From Thermoguttaceae bacterium (GTDB lineage Bacteria; Planctomycetota; Planctomycetia; Pirellulales; Thermoguttaceae): DNA of 36,756 bases. The position numbers and the translations under genes were made by a program. Of this stretch, positions 9,360 to 18,283 are shown one piece after another; within the stretch, counting starts at the first letter, position 1; each line of letters starts with the position of its first letter. Below the pieces are notes generated by a model, which ran no database searches, was not told the origin of the DNA, and was given only the letters and a program-made list of their open reading frames with translations. The stretch covers positions 1 to 36,756 of the forward strand of contig JANLFZ010000002.1 in the NCBI GenBank assembly GCA_024653385.1. Reading direction: 5' to 3'.

Positions 9360-10268
9360 TCAAGTTGCCGTTACCGGTTCGACATCCGATAACGGGTTCT
9401 CTATTGCTACGATAACCAGCTTGTGTTGGTTCGCCAGTTCCAGCGAGGCGGCCTGGTCGAGGAAGATCGTGCGGCCCGCCTCGATGGCCAGGACCTTAGC
9501 TCCGGACTCCACCATGGTCTGGATCGTCCCTAGCCCGACCGTGGGAACATCGAACCGCATGTCTTGTTGTGGCTTGGCCACTTTGACGAGGGTAAACCCT
9601 CCGGCTGGGCACAGGCTGCCCGCCCGGCGGATGCACTGGTCGGTTCCCTCGATGGCCTCCACCGCCAGGACGGTCTGGTCCTTGACGGCCACGCTTTGTC
9701 CGATGTCGAGCCGGCCCAGTTCCTTGGCCATGGTCCATCCGAAGCGGATGTCTTTCCACTGCCAGGCCGATGGGCCGCAGCGGGTCCACTGCCCGGGTTT
9801 GACCAACAGCTCCGGCACGTAGTTGGTGGCCGGCCCGAAGTGAATCCCATCGGAGGCGAACTCGTCGACGAGCATACCCAGCAGGCTATCGTCTCGGCAG
9901 TCTTTGCGTCGGGTGAGAAAGTGGGGGATGGCGGCGCGCAACGTGCGCAAGTCGGGCAGGTGACGCAGCCAGGTCCAAGGCTGAAACAACACCACTTTGT
10001 GGAACTTGCCGGCCATGGTGGCCACGCTTACCCCGTGGCGCTTGAAATAACGAATCGCGCGGCCGAGCCGCCCCAAGCCGATCCACGTGAAGTCCTCGCA
10101 CCACTGGGCGATCGCCGGGTCGGCGTGTCCGGCCACGCCCAGGCAGTACACGCTCGCCCCCTGACGCTTGAGGGCCTCGGCCACGACGATCGGGTAGCGT
10201 CCCCAACCGGCGACAAGGCCGACCCGCGATGGGGCCGAGGAGGTCGCGATGGAAACCGGCGCGGACAT
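9360..10268 (-). CDS. lpxI: LpxI-family UDP-2,3-diacylglucosamine hydrolase (DUF1009)
   Basis: ATG at 10268 in ORF 9360..10298. Motifs: GLVAGWGRYP near the N-terminus, DIGQSVAVKDQTVLAVEAIEGTDQCIRRAG, and KPQQDMRFDVPTVGLGTI. It lies directly downstream of lpxD on the same strand. Confidence 0.75.
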   Translation of the reverse strand: MSAPVSIATSSAPSRVGLVAGWGRYPIVVAEALKRQGASVYCLGVAGHADPAIAQWCEDFTWIGLGRLGRAIRYFKRHGVSVATMAGKFHKVVLFQPWTWLRHLPDLRTLRAAIPHFLTRRKDCRDDSLLGMLVDEFASDGIHFGPATNYVPELLVKPGQWTRCGPSAWQWKDIRFGWTMAKELGRLDIGQSVAVKDQTVLAVEAIEGTDQCIRRAGSLCPAGGFTLVKVAKPQQDMRFDVPTVGLGTIQTMVESGAKVLAIEAGRTIFLDQAASLELANQHKLVIVAIENPLSDVEPVTAT

Positions 10269-10301
10269 GCGTTCGTTCAAGGTCACATGGCAAAGCAAGG
10301 T

Positions 10302-10416
10302 CGAATGACGAAAGTCAAATGACGAATGCCGAAACCCAACGGCCCTTCGTCATTCGTCCTTCGTCCTTTGACTTTCGTCATTCGTCATTCGTCATTCGTC
10401 ATTCGTCATTGGTCAT
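10302..10416. repeat. 7-nt tandem repeat array (TCGTCAT on the + strand, AATGACG on the gene strand) with inverted copies forming a long hairpin
   Basis: Six tandem units at 10375-10416: five perfect TCGTCAT and one TGGTCAT. Segment 10302-10324 is the reverse complement of 10362-10384 at 22 of 23 positions. The lpxD stop codon (10406-10408) lies inside the array. Confidence 0.9.
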
Positions 10417-11461
10417 TTCCCCCGCTCCTCTGTTCCAACTCGCGTGCGAGCCGTTCGACCGTGGCCTCGAGTTGCTTGAGCCGTTGGCGCATTTCCGGAA
10501 GTTTGGCCAGCACGGCTTGTTTGACCATTTGTTCGCGTTCGGGCGTGGCGGGGATGCCGACCAGGCGGGCGTCGTCGGGCACGTCGTTGATGACGCCGGC
10601 CATGGCGCCCAACACCGCGCGGTGGCCGACGTGCACATGGTCGCGCACGCCCACCTGACCCGCCATGACCACGTAGTCGCCCGTCGTCGTGCTCCCCGCG
10701 ATCCCGACCTGGGCGCAGAGCATGTTATGCCGTCCGATGCGGCAGTTGTGGGCGATCATCACCTGGTTGTCGATTTTCGTGCCCTCGCCGATCACCGTGG
10801 CCCCGTAGGTGCCGCGGTCGATCGTCGTGTTTGCGCCGACCTCGACGTCGGCCTCGAGCACCACGTTGCCGAGTTGGGCGGAAAGCTGGTGACGTCCTTC
10901 GACGCAGCAATAGCCGAATCCATAGGCCCCCAACACCGCGCCCGCGTGAATCACGCAGCGCGGTCCGACGACCGTGTTCTCATACAGGACGGCGTTCGGG
11001 AAGATGGTGACCTGCGGGCCGATCTTCGAGTCGGCCAGGATGTGGACCCCGGCGTGGATCGTCGTGCCGTCGCCGATTTCGACGCGCTCGCCAATGGTGG
11101 CGTAGGGATGGATGGCCACGTCGCGACCGATTCGGGCGGTGGGGCTGACCACGGCCAAGGGGCTGATGCCGGGCCGTTGCTCGGTTCGGACCGGGCGAAA
11201 CCGCGAGACGATCATCGTGAAGGCGCGATGCACGTCGTCGACACGGATGACCGGCAGCCCATTGGGGGAAAACGTGCGGGGCGCCACGGCCGCCGATGCC
11301 CGGCTCGCGGCCAGCTTGCTGCCCTTGTCGACCCGGTCGATCAGTGTGATCTCCCCGGGCTTGGCCTCGCCCAACGGCGCCGCCCCTTCGACCACGAGGC
11401 TCCCCTCGCCAATCAACTCCCCGTTGACCAGGGCCGCGAGTTCTGCCAGCGTGGCCTGCAT
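10406..11461 (-). CDS. lpxD: UDP-3-O-acylglucosamine N-acyltransferase
   Basis: ATG at 11461 in ORF 10406..11743. N-terminus [20 protein letters not shown]. Long run of left-handed beta-helix hexapeptide repeats ([31 protein letters not shown]...), followed by a C-terminal helix. Confidence 0.9.
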   Translation of the reverse strand: MQATLAELAALVNGELIGEGSLVVEGAAPLGEAKPGEITLIDRVDKGSKLAASRASAAVAPRTFSPNGLPVIRVDDVHRAFTMIVSRFRPVRTEQRPGISPLAVVSPTARIGRDVAIHPYATIGERVEIGDGTTIHAGVHILADSKIGPQVTIFPNAVLYENTVVGPRCVIHAGAVLGAYGFGYCCVEGRHQLSAQLGNVVLEADVEVGANTTIDRGTYGATVIGEGTKIDNQVMIAHNCRIGRHNMLCAQVGIAGSTTTGDYVVMAGQVGVRDHVHVGHRAVLGAMAGVINDVPDDARLVGIPATPEREQMVKQAVLAKLPEMRQRLKQLEATVERLARELEQRSGGNDQ

Positions 11462-11750
11462 CCGTGGGCGTCCTTTCCAACAATACCGCTCCGTGCAGTC
11501 CCCCCCGATCGACGGATTCGGGCGGTCTGGGTTTATCGTACTTGATGCGTGGAAACCGGGCAAGAGCAGAAGGAGGGGGGGAGCTGAGAGGCTCGAACGC
11601 ACGACCGGCCTATAATTGACCATGGGGTCGGGATCGCCCCCCGCCTGAGCGTTCCCTTCTTGCGCGCAGTACGATACCATGTGACCTTGCGACGGGGATG
11701 GGCCGTGGAATGGCTCGTCCCGAAGCCATTCTCTTTGGACCACCCCTCCG

Positions 11751-12872
11751 ATGCCCCCCGTGGTGATCGATCTCCGTGCCGCCGACGATCTTCGGGATGT
11801 CGTTCTCGAGGCGGTGCAAGCGCTGGCCCAAGGGAAATTGGTCGCGTTTCCGACCGAGACGGTCTACGGGTTGGCGGCCCGGGCGCTGGATGCCGGCGCG
11901 GTCGCGCGGCTGCTCCAGGTGAAAGGCCGTAAGCCGGGACATGCGCTAACGCTGGCCATCCGCAGCGCGGAGGAGGCCCGCGACTATGCCCCCGACATGC
12001 CGCCGCTGGCCCATCGCCTCGCGCGGCGGTGCTGGCCCGGCCCGATCACGCTGGTGCTCGACGACTCCCACCCGGAAAGCACCGTCAGGCGGCTTCCGTG
12101 CAGTGTGCGCGAGGCCGTCGCGCCTGCCGGCACGGTGGGCTTGCGCGTGCCAGGGCATTCGGTCATGCTTGATGTGCTCCAGATGATCGCCGGCCCCTTG
12201 GTCCTCTCCAGCGCCAACCGCTCCGGAGAACCCGACGCGCGCACCGCGACCGACGTCGTTGCGTCGCTGGGCGACGACGTCGACCTGGTGCTCGACGACG
12301 GTCCCACGCGATTCGGGCAGCCGTCGTCGGTGGTGCGGGTCCGGGGCAAACAGTACGAGTTGCTTCGCCCGGGCGTGGTTCCCGAGAAAACCCTGCGCCG
12401 TCTGGCCGGCTTGATGGTGTTGTTTGTTTGCGCTGGTAATACCTGCCGCAGCCCCATGGCCGAGGTCCTCTTCCGCAAGATGGCTGCCGACCGTATCGGG
12501 TGCCAACTCGGCGAGTTGGAAGACCGCGGGGTAACGGTCGTCTCGGCGGGCCTCTCCGCGATGGCAGGCGGTCGCGCCGCGCCCGAGGCCTGCCGGGTCA
12601 TGTCCGACCGCGGGCTGGACCTCTCGATGCATGAGACGCAGCCGTTGACCGAACCGCTGGTGCGCCACGCCGATGCCATCTACACCATGACGCGTGTCCA
12701 GCGCCAGACCATCGTGGCCCAGTGGCCGCAGGCCGCCGAGCGGTGCCGGATGCTCAGCGCGTCGGGCATGGACATCTCCGATCCGATCGGCGGCCCGGTC
12801 GAACGTTACCAGCGGTGCGCCGAGCAGATCCAGTCGGAACTCAAGGCCCGACTCGACGAGTTGGAGTTGTAG
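11751..12872 (+). CDS. tsaC: Fusion: L-threonylcarbamoyladenylate synthase (TsaC/YrdC domain) plus a low-molecular-weight protein phosphatase (YwlE-like)
   Basis: YrdC-domain motifs [21 protein letters not shown] and [10 protein letters not shown]. From about residue 225 onward: the P-loop [15 protein letters not shown] (CX5R-S) and the DISDPIGG general-acid motif. Confidence 0.85.
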   Translation: MPPVVIDLRAADDLRDVVLEAVQALAQGKLVAFPTETVYGLAARALDAGAVARLLQVKGRKPGHALTLAIRSAEEARDYAPDMPPLAHRLARRCWPGPITLVLDDSHPESTVRRLPCSVREAVAPAGTVGLRVPGHSVMLDVLQMIAGPLVLSSANRSGEPDARTATDVVASLGDDVDLVLDDGPTRFGQPSSVVRVRGKQYELLRPGVVPEKTLRRLAGLMVLFVCAGNTCRSPMAEVLFRKMAADRIGCQLGELEDRGVTVVSAGLSAMAGGRAAPEACRVMSDRGLDLSMHETQPLTEPLVRHADAIYTMTRVQRQTIVAQWPQAAERCRMLSASGMDISDPIGGPVERYQRCAEQIQSELKARLDELEL

Positions 12873-12874
12873 CC

Positions 12875-13327
12875 ATGCGGATTGCCGTGGGTACGGACCA
12901 TCGCGGGTACGCGATCCGGCACAAGCTGATCGAGCTGCTTCGTGGGCTGGGCCACGAGGTGATCGACACCGGGAACGACAGTCCCGAGCCCGTCGACTAC
13001 CCCGACGTCGCGGCCGGCGTCGCCAGCCTGGTGAGCCGGGGCGAGGTGGACCGCGGGATCCTCATCTGCGGCACGGGGTTGGGCATGTGCATTGCCGCGA
13101 ACAAGTTTCCCGGGGTCCGCGCGGCCCCCTGTCACGACGATCTGACGGCCGAGATGAGCCGCCGGCACAACGACCTCAACGTCCTGTGCCTCTCGGCTGA
13201 TCTCTTGGGCGAACGCCTGATCGACCGCATGGTCGAAATCTGGCTCAACACCCCGTTCGAGGGCGGACGCCACGCACGCCGCGTGGAGAAAATCCGCCAG
13301 CTCGAACAAGGGCTCGGCCGACCATGA
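12875..13327 (+). CDS. rpiB: Ribose-5-phosphate isomerase B
   Basis: ATG at 12875, 2 nt after the tsaC-fusion stop. Motifs: MRIAVGTDHRGY, GILICGTGLGMCIAANKFPGVRAA, and NDLNVLCLSA...GGRHARRV. Confidence 0.9.
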   Translation: MRIAVGTDHRGYAIRHKLIELLRGLGHEVIDTGNDSPEPVDYPDVAAGVASLVSRGEVDRGILICGTGLGMCIAANKFPGVRAAPCHDDLTAEMSRRHNDLNVLCLSADLLGERLIDRMVEIWLNTPFEGGRHARRVEKIRQLEQGLGRP

Positions 13328-13352
13328 CCCGAGGCGGTCTCGGTCGAAGGGC

Positions 13353-14339
13353 CTATTGCAGCGTCGCCACCTGGCCGTCGCGCCGGTCGCCCAGGCGGTC
13401 CAGCAGCACCCGGTCCACGGTGTAGCTGATCATCCGGACCGATCCGTCGCCCAGCAGGAACTGGCAACCCGCCGGGTGGCCCGAGCCGAAATGGTAGCCC
13501 ACGTCGTCCGGGCCCGTGCCGTCGGGATCATCGCCGTCCGGCGCGTTCGAGTCGGGGCCGTAGCCGGTCCAACTTTGGCCGTAGCCCGTCAGGCGCATCG
13601 TATCGGGATCCCAGCCGTCGGCCCAGCCACAATCGTCGTGCCAATCGCCGGACTCGTAGTTCTTGACGATCAACCGCTTCTCGCCCACCACGATCGTGTT
13701 GCTCGTGCCGTCGATCAGGTTGGCCAGCGAGATCGGCGGGGTCGAGCCGGCCGGCCGCCAGTCGTTCGTGCCGAACTGCCGCCAGTTCGTCCGGACGATC
13801 GTGCCGTTGTAGACCTGGTTCTGCGGCACGTTCCACGTCTCGCCGTGCCAGAAGTCGGTGCCCGGCTCGCAGCCGGCATAGTCGTTCAGAACGCGGTCGC
13901 CCTGCTGGCGCAGTCCCCGGGTCGGGCAACCATACGCGGGAATTCTCGACCGCCGCACCTCATTGTAGTCGGGAAGCTTGTGAATCGCTCCCTGCTCCAT
14001 GAACGGGAGGATCTGGAAGAGCCAACCCAGCCCCTGCTTGTCGGCGATATACGGGCCGCCGTTGGGCGAGCGGAACTCGTACAACTCCTCACCGGCGTTG
14101 GGCGGCCAGGGATGCGTGCCGCCGGTGGGAAGGACCTTGAACGTGTCGACGTGGTTCTGCATCGCCAGGCCGATCTGCTTCAGATTGTTCTGGCACTGCG
14201 AACGCCGCGCTGCCTCGCGCGCGGCCTGAACGGCCGGCAGCAATAGCGCAATCAAGATACCGATGATGGCGATCACCACGAGCAGCTCCACGAGCGTGAA
14301 GCCGCTTCGTCGTCCGCCACGAACCCAGTGGCGCTTCAT
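13353..14339 (-). CDS. DUF1559 / H-X9-DG protein with a prepilin-type N-terminal methylation motif
   Basis: ATG at 14339 with GGGAGG about 10 nt upstream. N-terminus [48 protein letters not shown]-terminal [13 protein letters not shown] matches H-X9-DG. Confidence 0.9.
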   Translation of the reverse strand: MKRHWVRGGRRSGFTLVELLVVIAIIGILIALLLPAVQAAREAARRSQCQNNLKQIGLAMQNHVDTFKVLPTGGTHPWPPNAGEELYEFRSPNGGPYIADKQGLGWLFQILPFMEQGAIHKLPDYNEVRRSRIPAYGCPTRGLRQQGDRVLNDYAGCEPGTDFWHGETWNVPQNQVYNGTIVRTNWRQFGTNDWRPAGSTPPISLANLIDGTSNTIVVGEKRLIVKNYESGDWHDDCGWADGWDPDTMRLTGYGQSWTGYGPDSNAPDGDDPDGTGPDDVGYHFGSGHPAGCQFLLGDGSVRMISYTVDRVLLDRLGDRRDGQVATLQ

Positions 14340-14378
14340 GACAAAAACCTCCCATGACAACCGAATGACAGGAAAAAA

Positions 14379-14455
14379 GTAACCATTCACGGGGACGGTC
14401 CCGATTTTCGCGGCGAAGGAGCGCGAAAAGGGGACGGTTCCCTTCCGGCGTAACC
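14379..14455. repeat. REP-like imperfect palindromic element, copy A
   Basis: gtaaccattcacggggacggtccc-gattttcgcg...cgcgaaaag-gggacggttccc...gtaacc. The 34-nt arm at 14379-14412 (minus strand) matches 16312-16345 (plus strand) at 29 of 34 positions. Confidence 0.8.
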
Positions 14456-14463
14456 AGGCACCC

Positions 14464-14928
14464 TTACGGTGCGTTGGGTACAAGCTGTTTGAATTTCGCT
14501 TCGTCCACTTCTTCGACGGCGCCCACCTGAGACGCCACGAAACGTCTCCCGCCCACCCCGACCTTCTCGTAGGCAATCACGGGCTGCCCGGCCAGCGCGG
14601 CCGGCCCGGCGGGTTTTCCGTAGACGATCACGTAGGGCTGGCCATCGCGCTCCGAGACGAATATGCTGGCCGGGTCCATCACCCCGAATGTCTTGAGAAA
14701 CCGCCCTTGCGCGGTAACGAACTTCTTGAACTCCGCCTCGCTGGCCGGCGGCTGCCCCCGGTTCTGTCCCATGTACTGCCCATAGAGGATGGCAAGGGGT
14801 TTGAGGTTCGACTCCTGCTGTTTCTTGCTCGCACTACGCGAGCCGCACCCGGCGATCAGAACCAAAGCGACCGCCATGCAACCGCCCAGTCCAACCAGCC
14901 AACGCTTCTTAGATGGAAACAAGACCAT
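14464..14928 (-). CDS. Small lipoprotein (154 aa), no family recognised
   Basis: ATG at 14928 preceded by AGGGGGA. Signal peptide with lipobox ...ALVLIAGC|GS. It lies upstream of the DUF1559 gene on the same strand. Confidence 0.7.
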   Translation of the reverse strand: MVLFPSKKRWLVGLGGCMAVALVLIAGCGSRSASKKQQESNLKPLAILYGQYMGQNRGQPPASEAEFKKFVTAQGRFLKTFGVMDPASIFVSERDGQPYVIVYGKPAGPAALAGQPVIAYEKVGVGGRRFVASQVGAVEEVDEAKFKQLVPNAP

Positions 14929-15049
14929 TCGTCCCCCTGAAGAAACCGATGAATAAAACGAATCGACGAAGGAGATACACCGTCACGGCCCGCGCCCCCG
15001 CACGGCGACTTTCAGAATACTTCCCCCTTACTGGGAGTGCAAGCGGCCG

Positions 15050-15058
15050 TGGTATAAT
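15050..15058 (+). promoter_or_regulatory. Extended -10 promoter candidate for aguA
   Basis: TGgTATAAT: TG at 15050-15051 and a perfect TATAAT at 15053-15058, 54 nt upstream of ATG 15112. There is no good -35 hexamer. Confidence 0.4.
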
Positions 15059-15111
15059 CGGGCTCCCTTTGCCGCGCGACGGCACGGTTTACCCTGTTTT
15101 CGGTTCCCCTG

Positions 15112-16191
15112 ATGTCGCCCATGACGCAAGCAACGCCCGCCGATTTGGGATTTTCGATGCCCGCCGAGTGGACCCCGCACGAGGCCACCTGGCTGGGCTG
15201 GCCCCAGGAACCCACGGACTGGCCCGGCAAGATGCAGGCCGTGGCGTGGGCCTACGGTGAAATCGTGCGCAAGATCGCGCCGGGCGAGAAAGTGCGCATT
15301 CTCGTCGGCTCGAAGGCCGTCGAACAACGGGCGCGCCGGGTGCTTCGCGCCGCCCGGGCCGATCCGGCTCAGGTCGAGTTTTTCCGCCTGGCCACGGACC
15401 GTGGGTGGATGCGCGACTCGGGGCCGATCTTCGTGCGCCGCGCGCGGCGCGGCCGTGGTCAGACGGCCATCGTCGACTTCCACTTCAATGCCTGGGCTCG
15501 GTACGACAACTGGCGCAACGACCGCAAGGTCTCGCGGTGGGTCAGCCGGCGGCTTGACATCCCCCGGTTCGACGCCCGGTGCCACGGCAAGCCGCTGGTT
15601 CTCGAAGGGGGCGGCATCGACGTCAACGGCTGCGGCACCCTGCTGACGACCGAAGAGTGCTACCTCGACCCGCGCACGCAGGTCCGCAATCCGGGGATGG
15701 GACGGAGCGACTTCGAGGCGTGCCTGCGTCGGTACCTTGGGGTAACCAACGTCTTGTGGCTTGGTCGTGGCATTGCCGGCGACGATACGCACGGCCACGT
15801 GGACGATATCTGCCGGTTCGTCAACCCGCGCACGGTCGTTCTGGCCCGGAGCCGCGACCCCCACGACGAAAACTATCGTCCCTTGGAAGACAACTTCGAA
15901 CGGCTCCAAGGGATGCGTCTGGAAGACGGCTCGAAGATCGAGGTCGTGTCGCTGCCCATGCCCGAGCCGCTCTACTGGCGCCGCCAACGCCTGCCCGCAA
16001 GTTACGCTAACTTTTACATCGCCAACGCCGCGGTGCTTGTGCCCACGTTCAACGACCCGCAGGACCGCAAGGCCCTGGGCATCCTTGCCGACCTGTTTCC
16101 CGATCGACCGGTCGTGGGCATCCATGCGGTCGATCTGGTGTTGGGGCTGGGCACGGTGCATTGCCTGACACAACAACAACCGGCAGCCTGA
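15112..16191 (+). CDS. aguA: Agmatine deiminase (peptidyl-arginine deiminase-like family)
   Basis: N-terminal MPAEWTPHEATWLGWP. Also GGGIDVNGCGTLLTTEEC, GHVDDICRF, and the C-terminal GTVHCLTQQQP with the catalytic Cys. Confidence 0.9.
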   Translation: MSPMTQATPADLGFSMPAEWTPHEATWLGWPQEPTDWPGKMQAVAWAYGEIVRKIAPGEKVRILVGSKAVEQRARRVLRAARADPAQVEFFRLATDRGWMRDSGPIFVRRARRGRGQTAIVDFHFNAWARYDNWRNDRKVSRWVSRRLDIPRFDARCHGKPLVLEGGGIDVNGCGTLLTTEECYLDPRTQVRNPGMGRSDFEACLRRYLGVTNVLWLGRGIAGDDTHGHVDDICRFVNPRTVVLARSRDPHDENYRPLEDNFERLQGMRLEDGSKIEVVSLPMPEPLYWRRQRLPASYANFYIANAAVLVPTFNDPQDRKALGILADLFPDRPVVGIHAVDLVLGLGTVHCLTQQQPAA

Positions 16192-16256
16192 GGCATCTTG
16201 CGGACAATCGGAAAAGTCGGAGGGTTTTGCGGCCGATAACGGTCATACGGACACTC

Positions 16257-16345
16257 GTGACCGTTCACGAACCGGGGACAGACTCGTTTTTCGGCCCCTC
16301 GTGGGCTTTGCCGCGAGCATTGGGACAGTCCCCGTGAACGGTTAC
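16257..16345. repeat. REP-like imperfect palindromic element, copy B
   Basis: gtgaccgttcacgaaccggggacagac...tcgtttttcgg...cgcgagcat-tgggacagtccccgtgaacggttac. The terminal arms are inverted copies of each other and match copy A. Confidence 0.8.
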
Positions 16346-16411
16346 GGATACTCGTCTCCAGCTTGGATGTGAGTCTGCGCAACCCAGGCAATCAGGGAAG
16401 GTGGATTTGCC

Positions 16412-16792
16412 ATGGACGACATGGGGTTCGTTGAACAAGTGCAAGCCTGGGCCAACACCGTGCTGGTCTGGATTGGGTTTGGCACCGTGGTCGGTCTTTT
16501 GGCCAAAGCGATCATGCCGGGCCGCGATCCTGGCGGCGCCGTGGCAAACTTGGCAATGGGGGTCGCTGGGACCATCATCGGATGCGCCAGCGTTTCCTAC
16601 TTCCTCGACGGAGTCAGGGTTACTCCGGTCAGTCTGGTGGGGCTCTTGGTCGGCACGGCGGGCGCCTTGCTCTTACTGCTCTTTTACCGCTTGTTCCGGG
16701 GCTACCGATATCGCGTCGGTGAACCCAGTCGCGGCTATGGCCCCGGCCCCTATTGGTTCCGCCGACGCCGCTCCACGCGCGTGGAACTCTAA
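16412..16792 (+). CDS. GlsB/YeaQ/YmgE-family small membrane protein with an Arg/Tyr/Gly-rich C-terminal tail
   Basis: ATG at 16412 after GGGAAGGTGG. Motif pattern [23 protein letters not shown]...[12 protein letters not shown]...[18 protein letters not shown]. Confidence 0.75.
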   Translation: MDDMGFVEQVQAWANTVLVWIGFGTVVGLLAKAIMPGRDPGGAVANLAMGVAGTIIGCASVSYFLDGVRVTPVSLVGLLVGTAGALLLLLFYRLFRGYRYRVGEPSRGYGPGPYWFRRRRSTRVEL

Positions 16793-16926
16793 CGGCGGTC
16801 GCTGGGCGCGGGCCGACCAGGTACTACAATAAGGGCGCACGAGAACCCCGGCGGGCGGGAACGCCGGGCGGCGACCGGAAGGGCCACGGAGGGGCTTGCC
16901 TGTCGCCGCGAACTGCCAAAGGGCTC

Positions 16927-16955
16927 TTGAAGGGATTTGTGGACGTTTGTATACT
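16927..16955 (+). promoter_or_regulatory. sigma70-type promoter candidate for recA
   Basis: TTGAAG at 16927-16932, a 17-nt spacer, then TATACT at 16950-16955, 66 nt upstream of ATG 17021. Confidence 0.5.
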
Positions 16956-17020
16956 ATCTCTGTCCGCCGCGGGCGGGAAGCGCAGACGTCCCCATTCCTT
17001 CAGCAAAATGGAGTGTGCCC

Positions 17021-18151
17021 ATGGTCAGTGCCGCAAAGGCGAGGACGAACTCCCCGATGGCCAAGAAACCAGCGCAGCGAGGCAAGACCGCCGAGGAGGC
17101 GGAAAGGATCAGCCGGACCGACGCCTTGCTGGAAAGCCACCCGGCCCTGAAAACCACGTTGGCCCAAATCGAAAAGCAGTTCGGCGAAGGGGCCATCATG
17201 GCCCTCGGCTCGGAGAAGACCGCCCGAATCGAGGGCATCCCCACCGGCAGTCTATCCCTGGATATAGCCCTGGGGGGGCAAGGGATCCCTCGGGGCCGGA
17301 TCGTCGAGATCTTCGGGCCCGAATCCAGCGGCAAATCGACCCTGGCGTTGCACATCGTGGCCAATGCCCAGCGGGCCGGCGGTATCGCCGCCTACGTCGA
17401 TGCCGAGCACGCGCTCGATCCGAGTTGGGCCAAGAAACTCGGCGTGCAACTGGAGAACCTTCTGGTCAGCCAGCCCTCCAGCGGCGAAGAGGCGATGCAC
17501 ATCACCGAGATGCTCATCCGCTCCAACGCGGTCGATGTCGTGGTGGTCGACTCGGTCGCCGCGTTGGTGCCGCAGAAAGAGCTGGAAGGCGAGATCGGCG
17601 ACTCGCACGTCGGGCTCCAGGCGCGGCTGATGAGCCAGTCGCTCCGCAAGCTCACCGGCGTGATCTCCAAGAGCAAGACCGCGGTGATTTTCATCAATCA
17701 GATCCGCGAGAAGATCGGCGTGATGTTCGGTAGCCCCGAGACCACCCCCGGCGGACGCGCCCTGAAGTTCTACTCGTCGTGCCGCATCGACATGCGCCGC
17801 GTGGGAACGCTCAAAGAGGGCGAAGACCATGTCGTCGGCCAGCGGGTCAAGGCGAAGGTGGTCAAGAACAAGGTCGCTCCCCCGTTCCGCAACGCCGAGT
17901 TCGACATGATGCACAACAACGGCATCAACTACGAGGCCGACGTGCTCGACCTGGCCTTGAACCACCGGCTCGTCACTCGGGTCGGGGCCTGGTTCCGCTA
18001 CGGCGATCTTCAGCTCGGCCAGGGGCGCGACAAGGCCGTCCAGTACCTTCGCGATAATCCCCAACTGCTCGAGGAAATCAAACAGAAGGTGCTTGCGGCC
18101 GCCGGACTGGCCGAGGATCCCCAAGCGACCGATCCGCCCGCGGCCGAATAA
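17021..18151 (+). CDS. recA: Recombinase A
   Basis: Motifs: [15 protein letters not shown], Walker [24 protein letters not shown], and [29 protein letters not shown]. Start at ATG 17021 (alternative at 17057). Either start gives a basic N-terminal extension relative to E. coli RecA. Confidence 0.95.
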   Translation: MVSAAKARTNSPMAKKPAQRGKTAEEAERISRTDALLESHPALKTTLAQIEKQFGEGAIMALGSEKTARIEGIPTGSLSLDIALGGQGIPRGRIVEIFGPESSGKSTLALHIVANAQRAGGIAAYVDAEHALDPSWAKKLGVQLENLLVSQPSSGEEAMHITEMLIRSNAVDVVVVDSVAALVPQKELEGEIGDSHVGLQARLMSQSLRKLTGVISKSKTAVIFINQIREKIGVMFGSPETTPGGRALKFYSSCRIDMRRVGTLKEGEDHVVGQRVKAKVVKNKVAPPFRNAEFDMMHNNGINYEADVLDLALNHRLVTRVGAWFRYGDLQLGQGRDKAVQYLRDNPQLLEEIKQKVLAAAGLAEDPQATDPPAAE

Positions 18152-18283
18152 GGGCTCGGCGCGACGCCATCGCGAATCGTCGGTGGGTCGGGTGGCGTTC
18201 CCCAGACGCCAACACGGCTTGCCCGCTGCCGGACTCGAGCCGGCGGCTGCCCGGCATAACCCCGAAACTTCGAGGTCCAACCC

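Noticed and set aside
10375-10416. Possible CRISPR or minisatellite interpretation of the tandem repeat
   Set aside because: The units are 7 nt with no spacers, and no cas genes are nearby. It is a simple tandem repeat or inverted repeat, not a CRISPR array.
10229-11545. 438-aa plus-strand ORF antisense to lpxD, including the striking peptide [24 protein letters not shown]
   Set aside because: The repetitive peptide is simply the heptamer DNA array translated. The minus strand encodes a textbook LpxD hexapeptide-repeat protein.
15028-16179. 383-aa minus-strand ORF overlapping aguA
   Set aside because: The plus strand has the agmatine deiminase N- and C-terminal signatures. The minus-strand product is featureless. 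This is an antisense shadow.
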